From an uncultured Nitrospira sp. (lineage in GTDB: Bacteria; Nitrospirota; Nitrospiria; Nitrospirales; Nitrospiraceae): a DNA stretch of 64,000 nucleotides. Under the pieces are notes generated by a model. That model was not told the origin of the DNA and searched no databases. It saw nothing but the letters and a program-made list of their open reading frames with translations. The stretch covers positions 1,944 to 65,943 of the forward strand of contig CAZBNV010000006.1 of the NCBI GenBank assembly GCA_964493335.1, read 5' to 3'. Below, one piece after another: positions 34,309-42,346 of this stretch. A program made the translations under genes and the position numbers. The first letter of the stretch is position 1, and each line of letters opens with the position of its first letter.

Positions 34309-36498
34309 TCACGGGCTCGTGCGAGCCTTTCCGATGGTTAGTAATTCGTGACCAGGGTCTAGGGCGGACGGTTCAAGCAGGACCGGTCGTCCCGGCCTGC
34401 CGGTTGCCTCGATCCGTACCCTCGTGGCGGCGCTCGCGAGAGTCCCGGTGCGGTGATCGAACAGCGGAGCGAGGATGGACCGCGCATTGACGCCACGCCG
34501 GCTCGCATAGCGGCCGTATTCCTGGTGACCTTGCCCCATCGGCACGGCAATGACGTCCGGCCTGATCGCCGGATAATATAGGGCCGGAACTTCGATGCTG
34601 CCGTGGCGCGAAACAATGCGCACAATGTCTCCTTGTTTGATTCCATGCGCCTGCGCGGTACGTGGATTGATTTCCGCCCAGGTTCCCCACATGGCGGACG
34701 TCAAGGCATCGGGTAGTTCCTGAAGCCAGGGCAGATTGGCGCCTCGACCCTGTCCGAGCGCCGGGGAAGGGTAGGGATGAAAATACAGCGGCCAATCCTG
34801 GTCGTCGCCGTCGAAGGTCGCGGGCACATGGCTAGGTGGGTGATGGGTAGCCGTCACGGCCGATTCGCGTCCCGGCCGACCCCACCAGCCGCCCTGCTGA
34901 ACGTGATGAGCCCAGGACGCCGCGAACGCCTCTTCGCTGTGCGCCCCGGCTTGCTCATTCAACACACGCCGCCAGCGATTTTGGAGGAACGCGTGGAAAG
35001 TATCTTCGGGGAACCCGCTCAGGCCGAGTCGATGGGCCAGCGACAGAAACGTATCTCCCACTGCCCGCGTATCATAGAGCGGGGTGACCACCGGCTGGCT
35101 CAGGCTCACGACGGCTGTCGGAAAGGAGGTCGGTTGAACATGGTCGCCCCAGGACTCGAGCGGGGAATGGTCGGGAAGAATCAGGTCGGCCGCCGAGGTA
35201 GAGTCGTCCATGAAGGGACTGAAGCTGGCGACGAAATCCGTCTGTTCGAAGAGCCGCCGTAGCGGGACCGAGGGCGGTGCCGCATGCAAGGGGTTACTGT
35301 CGTACAGGAGCACGACGGACAGGGTCTGCTGTGCCAGCTCTCCCAGGGAACGCTCCGTGAGCCAAGGGACGCTCTCCATTCCGGGAAACAGGGCCGGTTC
35401 ATAAAAGCGAAGGCCTCCGGGCTTGCCGATTCTGCCCATGATGACGTTGAGCCCCTGGATCGCCGCCAGGGATTCGGTCGCGTTGGTATGGGCGCAGGCG
35501 GCGCCGCCGCCGATCGCGAGGGGAGCGCCGGCTGAGCCAAATTCCCGCGCCGTGCGAACAATCTCCTCGCGTGGGATGTCGGTTTCGGCGGCAATTCGAT
35601 CAAGCGGGATGTCTCCGTAAATCCGCTCGTACGTCCTGCGCTGGCTTTCAGGCAAGGACGATGTTCTCTCCGCCAGAAGGACCTGTCCGATGCCCATAGC
35701 GAGGAGGCCGGCGGCGCCCGGGCGAACCGGTATCCACCGATCCGCGCTGGCGCCGGTCAGTGAGAGCCGCGGTTCAACCTGGACGAACCGTCCTCGGGTC
35801 ATGGATCGACCCTGGCGCATGTGTCCGTAGGCGATGCCGAGGGAGACGGGAGACAGCCACCCTTCGAGAAAAGGAGCGCCGAAGGAAAGCACATAATCGC
35901 TTCCGGCCAGGTCGATGTGCGGCCAGGCGTCCAGGCCGAAGGCTGCTCGAGAGGCTGCGCGAAGCGGGAGGTCTGCGCCGGGCTCGTAGAAATACAACGT
36001 GCCGTCGATCGCGCGCATGAAGGTCGAGACCAACTCGGCCAAGGTTCCGGACAGGGGGCGGCTAATCATGACGACAGGGCCCTGGACCCTGCGGAGCCGT
36101 TCCGTCAGTTGGGTCAGAGCCTCTTCCCATGCCAGCGGCTCGAAGGGACGGCGACCCTCTCGTTCCGGCCGTCGCAATGGCTCCCGGATGCGATCCGGAT
36201 TGTAGAGGCCTTGCAAGGCTGCCTGCCCCTTGGCGCAAAGCTTGCCTTGATTGAGAGGATGCTCTGGATTGCCCTCGATTTTCTTCGCCCGTCCCTCCAT
36301 CACGCGAACGACAATCCCACATCCGGCCTGACATTCACGACAGGTCGAGGCATACCAGTCGGCGACACCCGGCACGATTTCATCGTCCGGTAAGACATAC
36401 GGCACGAGGTGATGTATGTCGCGCTCGCAGCCGGGCAGGAATGAACCAGCTGCCGCGAGTCCCAACGCTTTGATGAAGGTTCGCCGTTTCAGTTTCAT
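34309..36498 (-). CDS. Molybdopterin-oxidoreductase-like catalytic-fold subunit with Tat signal (ActB1-like)
   Basis: Twin-arginine signal KRRTFIKALGLAAAG. N-terminal FeS motif CRECQAGC...C. It has the MopB-superfamily length and layout. Confidence 0.85.
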   Translation of the reverse strand: MKLKRRTFIKALGLAAAGSFLPGCERDIHHLVPYVLPDDEIVPGVADWYASTCRECQAGCGIVVRVMEGRAKKIEGNPEHPLNQGKLCAKGQAALQGLYNPDRIREPLRRPEREGRRPFEPLAWEEALTQLTERLRRVQGPVVMISRPLSGTLAELVSTFMRAIDGTLYFYEPGADLPLRAASRAAFGLDAWPHIDLAGSDYVLSFGAPFLEGWLSPVSLGIAYGHMRQGRSMTRGRFVQVEPRLSLTGASADRWIPVRPGAAGLLAMGIGQVLLAERTSSLPESQRRTYERIYGDIPLDRIAAETDIPREEIVRTAREFGSAGAPLAIGGGAACAHTNATESLAAIQGLNVIMGRIGKPGGLRFYEPALFPGMESVPWLTERSLGELAQQTLSVVLLYDSNPLHAAPPSVPLRRLFEQTDFVASFSPFMDDSTSAADLILPDHSPLESWGDHVQPTSFPTAVVSLSQPVVTPLYDTRAVGDTFLSLAHRLGLSGFPEDTFHAFLQNRWRRVLNEQAGAHSEEAFAASWAHHVQQGGWWGRPGRESAVTATHHPPSHVPATFDGDDQDWPLYFHPYPSPALGQGRGANLPWLQELPDALTSAMWGTWAEINPRTAQAHGIKQGDIVRIVSRHGSIEVPALYYPAIRPDVIAVPMGQGHQEYGRYASRRGVNARSILAPLFDHRTGTLASAATRVRIEATGRPGRPVLLEPSALDPGHELLTIGKARTSP

Positions 36499-36567
36499 CG
36501 ACTCGCCACGCTACGAGCAGAAGGTCCGGGCTGCGTCACGATCCGCTCGTTTTTCGTATGAGCAGCC

Positions 36568-37086
36568 TTATTTGTGGCACGTGATGCAATCGCGAGACGC
36601 GCCTCGTTGCTGATGACAAGCCAAGCACCAGCCCATCTCGTACGTCGCAGCGCGCGGCGTGTGGGGTGTGGCCTCGACGTGTCCGTGGCAGTCCACGCAC
36701 TGCACCTGTTTTGCGAGGTGACGCTCATGCGTGAAGTACACAAAGTCCGGGAGGCGCTGCAGACGCACCCATGAGACAGGGCGTTGTTCACTCCAATGAT
36801 CGAGCAATGTTTGGATGCCGGCGTTCTTGGCGTCAATATTCTGGTGACATCCCATGCAGAGCTTCAGACTCGGGACGCCGGCCGTCGGTGATTGATGGGC
36901 GGAGCGGTGGCAAAATACGCAATCCAGCTTCAGGTGGCCCGCGTGAAATTTATGACTGAATGGGATGGGTTGGCGATCTTGAGCGGCCGAGTCGGCGCTA
37001 CCCAACGAATAGAGGAGTCCTACGACCACTGCGGCTATGCCGGCCAATAAGAGGATACCGAAGCTCTTCCACTGAGAACGACTCAT
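36568..37086 (-). CDS. actA: Membrane-anchored pentaheme cytochrome c (ActA-like)
   Basis: An N-terminal TM helix and five CxxCH motifs (CVFCH, CMGCH, CVDCH, CLACH, CITCH). Confidence 0.85.
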   Translation of the reverse strand: MSRSQWKSFGILLLAGIAAVVVGLLYSLGSADSAAQDRQPIPFSHKFHAGHLKLDCVFCHRSAHQSPTAGVPSLKLCMGCHQNIDAKNAGIQTLLDHWSEQRPVSWVRLQRLPDFVYFTHERHLAKQVQCVDCHGHVEATPHTPRAATYEMGWCLACHQQRGASRDCITCHK

Positions 37087-37222
37087 GTGCCGGCGCTATC
37101 GACAATTGCAATAAATACCTAGCGTGCAAGATACTCGTAGGTCTTTTCTATCCTGAACCATGCCAACCTCACACTAGGAAATCCTCCTGCTATCGCGTGG
37201 GCCAAAGCGTATGGGCCTCTCG

Positions 37223-37240
37223 GCTAGGGTACCCACTAGC
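37223..37240 (+). promoter_or_regulatory. CTAG-palindrome box upstream of the OMP-Slp-ligD unit
   Basis: GCTAGG-GTACCC-ACTAGC, followed after 22 nt by TACAGT (37263-37268), leaving a leader of about 63 nt to ATG 37338. Confidence 0.6.
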
Positions 37241-37337
37241 TCCACCTCATATCCGCATCCTGTACAGTACCTGTGCTGCGTAAGAGGCTCACTCGCCGGT
37301 GGTAACCGCGGCATGCATTCGAAGGAGAAGTGGGGTC

Positions 37338-37967
37338 ATGAGGCTTATGTGGTATTCAGTTGTAATTTTGTTGTGCGTTTTGGTGGGGACGCTCCCGGCC
37401 CGCACGGCCTCGGCTGAGTGGTACGTGGCCGGCCAGTTCGGAGCCAATTTTGCCGATCAACTCAGCAACATTCGGGGAACCAGCAGCCTGAGCGGATTTC
37501 GCGCGCCGGACTTCGATTTGCAGAATTCATTCGTATACGGAGGCAAAGTCGGCATGTTTCCCGGTAACGGCTGGTTCGGCGTGGAGCTCGATGTGTTCCA
37601 CAGCACGCCGCACATCAAGAATCTCGATGATGTTCCCGGCATTCACATGCGGGTCACCAATGTCGGAGTGAATTTACTGGCGCGTTATCCCGGCGTCACC
37701 TTTCAGCCCTATGCGGGCATCGGCGCGGGCGCCGCCATCGCGCGCATCGGAGATTCCGCGACGACCCGCGGCAATACCGATGTCTCATCCGCCTTGAATC
37801 TGCTGGTGGGCATCAGAGCCTTCATCACGCCTTACGTGGCTGTTTACACCGAGTACAAATATAGTCAGGCTACCCTTGAGTTCAACAATGCCTTCGGGCC
37901 ATCGAGCGGGTTTAGTGGAAATTATGACGCACATATTATGGTCACGGGCTTGTCCTATCATTTCTAG
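37338..37967 (+). CDS. Outer-membrane beta-barrel protein (OmpA_membrane/OMP_b-brl type)
   Basis: AAGGAG at 37322-37327. Signal peptide ...ARTASA/EW, alternating beta-strand pattern, and a terminal ...GLSYHF aromatic residue. Confidence 0.8.
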   Translation: MRLMWYSVVILLCVLVGTLPARTASAEWYVAGQFGANFADQLSNIRGTSSLSGFRAPDFDLQNSFVYGGKVGMFPGNGWFGVELDVFHSTPHIKNLDDVPGIHMRVTNVGVNLLARYPGVTFQPYAGIGAGAAIARIGDSATTRGNTDVSSALNLLVGIRAFITPYVAVYTEYKYSQATLEFNNAFGPSSGFSGNYDAHIMVTGLSYHF

Positions 37968-37992
37968 GAAACGGGGGCAGTCGCAGCATCTG

Positions 37993-38694
37993 GTGGTAGG
38001 GGGCCTCTGTTTGCTTCTGTCTCTCTCGACCGCTTGCGCACAAAGCGCGCATCAGTCCGGTCGCGATCTGCTCGATCAAATCCTGCCCGATCAGGTGCAA
38101 CAGCAAATCGATCACTCAGTCTCTTTCGTGGACTTGAAAGCAAATCCGGCCGCCTATCAAGGCAAAACGATCATGGTGAGCGGCATCGTGCTCAAGAGTC
38201 GGCGCGTGAAGGATCGCACTGAGATCGAAGTGCTGCAAATTCCCACCGGGTCCGGGGCCGTCCCGACCAAGGATCGCGCAAGATCTCAAGGCCGATTCCT
38301 GGCCGTCAAGAGCGGGGAGTTTCTCGATCCTGCCGTCGTCGATGCCGGAACACCAGTGACGGTTGTTGGTGAGGTGGGTCCTGCCGTGACTCGAGGAATG
38401 GATGAAGGGGAATACACGTATCCTGTCCTGGAAATTAAACATGTGGTGGACTGGGATGAAGTCAATCCGCAAATGCGTTCCGCCCCCTACGCCTATCCCT
38501 ATGGTCGATCCATGTACGCGTACCCCTATTCCTATTGGGGACCTTACGGAGGAATGGGCGGTTGGTATGGTGGGTACCCAGGGTACTATGGGTATGGATA
38601 TCCCTATTACGGACCCTTCTTTGGATTTGGCGGAGGCTCGTCCGCTCCCGCTGGGCCACCGCCTGCATCCGCACCGCCACAGTTTAAAAAATGA
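37993..38694 (+). CDS. Slp-family (starvation-inducible) outer-membrane protein with a Tyr/Gly/Pro-rich C-terminal tail
   Basis: The Slp-like core (YQGKTIMVSGIVL...TEIEVLQIP...GRFLAV...FLDPAV...VTVVGEV...YTYPVLEIKHV) follows a signal sequence LCLLLSLSTACA. The start is uncertain: GTG 37993 or ATG 37924. Confidence 0.65.
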   Translation: MVGGLCLLLSLSTACAQSAHQSGRDLLDQILPDQVQQQIDHSVSFVDLKANPAAYQGKTIMVSGIVLKSRRVKDRTEIEVLQIPTGSGAVPTKDRARSQGRFLAVKSGEFLDPAVVDAGTPVTVVGEVGPAVTRGMDEGEYTYPVLEIKHVVDWDEVNPQMRSAPYAYPYGRSMYAYPYSYWGPYGGMGGWYGGYPGYYGYGYPYYGPFFGFGGGSSAPAGPPPASAPPQFKK

Positions 38695-38729
38695 TCTGAG
38701 AGGCTGGTCCTTCAGGGCGGAGGAGGCAT

Positions 38730-41348
38730 ATGGGTCTTCGGCAATATTGGAAGAAGCGCAACTTCACGAAGACGCCTGAACCGCGTGGGAAAACGATTCC
38801 GACTACCGGCCGTCTGCAGTTCGTCATCCAAAAACACGCCGCGAGCCGGCTCCATTACGACTTTCGCCTCGAGTTGGACGGCACGCTGAAAAGTTGGGCG
38901 GTCCCCAAGGGGCCCAGCTTAGACCCCGGACAAAAGCGGCTGGCTGTGCATGTTGAGGACCATCCGCTGGACTATGCCGGGTTCGAGGGCATCATTCCCG
39001 CCAAGCAGTATGGTGGCGGCACAGTATTGCTCTGGGATCGAGGCTATTGGGAGCCGATCGGCGACCCTGGCTCCAGTTACCGCCGTGGGCGGCTCAAGTT
39101 CACACTCCACGGGGAAAAATTGCATGGCATTTGGAACCTGGTTCGTATGGGTGGCCGACAGGAAGCGGGCAAGGAGAATTGGCTGCTGATCAAGGAAAAG
39201 GATGATGAGGCGCGTAGTGGGAAAAAAATCGATGTCACGCAGATGCTCACCACGAGCGTGGCGAGCGGCAAGAGCATCGAGCAAATTGCCAGCGGGGAAC
39301 ATGCAATATGGCAGTCCAATAAACAATCAAGCACAACGAGTCAGCCTGTCCCGAGGCGGCGTCCTATAAAAGGCATTCCTGCTCCTGGTGCTCGCAAGGC
39401 CGCCCAAGAAAAATGGGTTGTCCCTCAACTGGCAACGTTGGTGACGGCCTCCCCAGAGGGAAAGGAATGGGTCCATGAACTCAAATATGATGGTTACCGC
39501 ATTTTGTGCCGACTGCAGAACGGCACAGCCACGTTATGGACCAGGAACGGCCATGACTGGAGCGCCAAGTTGCCCCATATCGCCGCTGCGGCGGGAGACC
39601 TCCCGGTCAAAACAGCCTGGCTTGACGGTGAGGTCGTCGCGCTCTTGCCGGACGGGCGCGTCAGCTTCCAAACATTACAGAATGCGTTCGATACCCATTC
39701 AGACAGCAATCTGGTCTATTTCGTGTTTGACCTCCTCTATCATGATGGTTACGATTTACGGCCTGCCCCGCTGATTGAACGCAAGCGTCTCCTGTCGGCC
39801 CTGTTCAAAGACAACTCGCCGTCGGCCCTTGTTCAATACAGTGACCATATTAGCGGACAGGGTGAGGTCGCCTTTGCCGAGGCCTGCCGCAGTGGAATGG
39901 AGGGTCTGGTCGCCAAACGTGCCGATGCCTCCTATGTCGCAGGGCGAAATCGCAATTGGGTCAAGGTGAAGTGTGGCCGCCGCCAGGAATTCGTGATCGG
40001 CGGATTTACTGATCCTTCCGGCTCACGAACTGCCTTTGGAGCGTTGCTCCTTGGCGTCTATGATGCACAAGGCCGGCTACAATTTGCCGGACGCACGGGA
40101 ACGGGATTTTCAGACCGCTCCCTCAAAGAACTTCACGCCCGCCTCAAGAAACTTGAGCAAACGACGCCTCCCTTCGTCGATCCACCCGGCGGCGGGGAAC
40201 GTCGAGGAGTCCATTGGGTGAACCCCACACTGGTGGCCGAAGTGGCCTTTGCCGAATGGACGAACGAAGGTCAGTTGAGACAGGCCTCCTTTCAAGGTCT
40301 CCGCGAAGATAAGGCTGCTCGGACTGTCGTTCATGAGCGACCTGCCACCGGCGTCTCACCCAAAACCACAGGCACAGGTTCTGGCTCTCGATCTCAGAGG
40401 CAAAAGAAAGGATCTAAACCCAAGCGACTGTCGAACACCCATTCTCCAAATGGACCAACGACCGTGGGCGGAGTCACACTGAGTCATCCGGATCGAGTGT
40501 TGTTCCCCGAACAGCGCGTCACCAAGTTCACGCTGGCGCAATATTACGAATCGGTCAGCGAATGGATGCTGCCGCATGTCGAAGACCGACCTTTAACGCT
40601 CGTTCGCTGTCCCGATGGATACAACAAAGAATGTTTTTATCAGAAGCATGCGAATGATCGGATCCCAGAGGCAGTGGGACGAGTCGAGATTCCAGACGAC
40701 CAGGGAACGGCTTGTTATATGGTCGCCGACTCGCTCGCGGCGCTGGTGGGACTGGTTCAAATGGGTGTCTTAGAGTTGCACACCTGGGGGTCGAAGCGGG
40801 ATAAGCTCGAGCGCCCGGACCGCATGATCCTCGACCTCGATCCGGATCCGGCAGTCGAATGGTCGGCAGTCATCGAAGGAGCGCAACTATTACGCACATT
40901 GCTGAGCGAACTGGAATTGATGTCATTCGTCAAGACGACCGGCGGAAAGGGCCTGCATATCGTGGTGCCGCTGCGACGCGTTCACACCTGGGATGAGGTC
41001 AAGGCGTTCTCGAAAGCCATTGCAGACCATCTCGCGCATATGATTCCTGACCGTTTCCTGGCGCATATGTCCAAGCAGAAACGAAAGGGGAAGATCTATA
41101 TCGATTATTTGCGCAACGCCAAGGGTGCGACGGCCGTTGCTGCCTACTCCACGCGGGCTAGGCCAGGCGCCCCACTGTCGGTTCCGTTGGCGTGGGATGA
41201 ATTGTCGGTCGACATGCGATCCGACCATTTCACCATTGCCAACCTGCCGGATCGGCTCAGTCAGCTACGCCAGGATCCTTGGAAGGATTATTTTTCGACG
41301 CAACAACGCATCACCCGTAAAATGTTGGCGGCCCTGGCGTCCTCATGA
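38730..41348 (+). CDS. ligD: Multidomain ATP-dependent DNA ligase LigD (phosphoesterase, ligase and polymerase/primase domains)
   Basis: GGAGGAGG SD. PE domain FVIQKHAASRLHYDFRLE. Ligase motif I is ELKYDGYR. The C-terminal LigD-Pol domain contains FYQKH...LDLDPD...KTTGGKGLH. Confidence 0.95.
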   Translation: MGLRQYWKKRNFTKTPEPRGKTIPTTGRLQFVIQKHAASRLHYDFRLELDGTLKSWAVPKGPSLDPGQKRLAVHVEDHPLDYAGFEGIIPAKQYGGGTVLLWDRGYWEPIGDPGSSYRRGRLKFTLHGEKLHGIWNLVRMGGRQEAGKENWLLIKEKDDEARSGKKIDVTQMLTTSVASGKSIEQIASGEHAIWQSNKQSSTTSQPVPRRRPIKGIPAPGARKAAQEKWVVPQLATLVTASPEGKEWVHELKYDGYRILCRLQNGTATLWTRNGHDWSAKLPHIAAAAGDLPVKTAWLDGEVVALLPDGRVSFQTLQNAFDTHSDSNLVYFVFDLLYHDGYDLRPAPLIERKRLLSALFKDNSPSALVQYSDHISGQGEVAFAEACRSGMEGLVAKRADASYVAGRNRNWVKVKCGRRQEFVIGGFTDPSGSRTAFGALLLGVYDAQGRLQFAGRTGTGFSDRSLKELHARLKKLEQTTPPFVDPPGGGERRGVHWVNPTLVAEVAFAEWTNEGQLRQASFQGLREDKAARTVVHERPATGVSPKTTGTGSGSRSQRQKKGSKPKRLSNTHSPNGPTTVGGVTLSHPDRVLFPEQRVTKFTLAQYYESVSEWMLPHVEDRPLTLVRCPDGYNKECFYQKHANDRIPEAVGRVEIPDDQGTACYMVADSLAALVGLVQMGVLELHTWGSKRDKLERPDRMILDLDPDPAVEWSAVIEGAQLLRTLLSELELMSFVKTTGGKGLHIVVPLRRVHTWDEVKAFSKAIADHLAHMIPDRFLAHMSKQKRKGKIYIDYLRNAKGATAVAAYSTRARPGAPLSVPLAWDELSVDMRSDHFTIANLPDRLSQLRQDPWKDYFSTQQRITRKMLAALASS

Positions 41349-41475
41349 GGCACGGCCGCCAGGGTGGTTTCATGGTGGACCTGGGGGGAGTGCTAGTAGA
41401 GCCATTCAAGCGGTCCTGATATCAGTGATCATGACAAGCGGTCGTTTCACTGAAACATTCTGAAAGGAGAGCCGT

Positions 41476-41733
41476 ATGAATGCCACGATGTCCATCCCAC
41501 TGGTCAAGAAACATAAAGAGGTCTCCGGGTCCGTTCATTGTGACTCTCTATGCTGCACGCGATGCGGAGGTCTGTTGGTCGAAGAGCGTTGCATGGATAT
41601 CGGTGAAAGCCTCGGAGGGTACTGGTTTTTGGCCATGCGTTGCGTGCAATGCGGTGATATCGTCGACGAAGTGATCTTGCGGAATCGCTACGCGCATCTC
41701 GTGACGGCTCAGGAAGTTGTACGCGCCGCCTGA
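41476..41733 (+). CDS. Small zinc-ribbon protein, function unknown
   Basis: AAGGAG at 41463-41468, 7 nt before the ATG. 85 aa with CCTRCGG...C...CVQCGD. Confidence 0.6.
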   Translation: MNATMSIPLVKKHKEVSGSVHCDSLCCTRCGGLLVEERCMDIGESLGGYWFLAMRCVQCGDIVDEVILRNRYAHLVTAQEVVRAA

Positions 41734-41936
41734 GACCTGTAATCCGGCCACGCCGCTGTCTGCGAGAAGGAGGCGTTATGGCGCAGTATCTGGATCCACT
41801 TATACGATCCGGAGCCATGTGGTCATGTGGACGACAGTCGGCGGTCAGGCCGCAGTCTGGACTGTGGTCGAGAATCTGGAGGTGGCTGGGAGTGAGCCGT
41901 CCCGCCGCACCGAGGCCCATCGTCTTTCGGAGCCCG

Positions 41937-42313
41937 TTATTGAGGCCGGGAAGGCCACGGTACTGAAGAGGGCATTTTCGCTTGTCTATAATCGAGACGG
42001 GTCTGCTGGACGACAATCGGAACGGTCGATTCGACCACGCTGGCATAATCCGTATCTGGCGGAATTGGTGCAGGATCCGAGAGTTGATTGAAACGGAGGT
42101 GTTTCGTACGCCGTACTGGGACTGAAAGCCCGTAGGGGCCCCCACCGGCTCGCGATCCGAGAAGTAGACCGTGATCCGAACGTCGGCATCCAGGTCTGAG
42201 ATATTGAGTAGGCAGAGGGTCTCATGACTGATCATTTGCCGGGGACGGCCCCTGGCTGCTTGGTGGATATAGCCTTCGGCAAGCGCCCAGCCGGTGCGTC
42301 CAATCGCATCCAT
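41937..42313 (-). pseudogene. ASRT-family (Anabaena sensory rhodopsin transducer-like) gene disrupted by two frameshifts
   Basis: Frame A reads MDAIGRTGWALAEGYI...ISHETLCLLNISDLDADVRITVYFSDREPVG. Homology continues in a second frame (GPYGLSVPVRRTKHLRFNQLSDPAPIPPDTDYASVVESTVPIVVQQTRLDYRQA) after the G/C run at 42135-42143. It then continues in a third frame (ENALFSTVAF) after the T/A run at 41975-41978. Confidence 0.7.
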
Positions 42314-42346
42314 AGCATCCTTCTGTGAACTGCTCCAACCCTACTT

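Noticed and set aside
37173-37190. A possible CTAG half-site upstream of the ACIII-like operon (GCAGGAggatttCCTAGT on the minus strand, then 22 nt, then TAGAAA).
   Set aside because: Only the promoter-proximal half matches; the distal half, which is normally the better conserved, does not. It is too weak to call, but worth including in a genome-wide scan.
41504-42313. The 269-aa minus-strand ORF taken as a single gene.
   Set aside because: Only its first 58 or so codons show homology (ASRT family). The remainder is out-of-frame read-through that runs antisense across the SD-supported zinc-ribbon gene 41476..41733.
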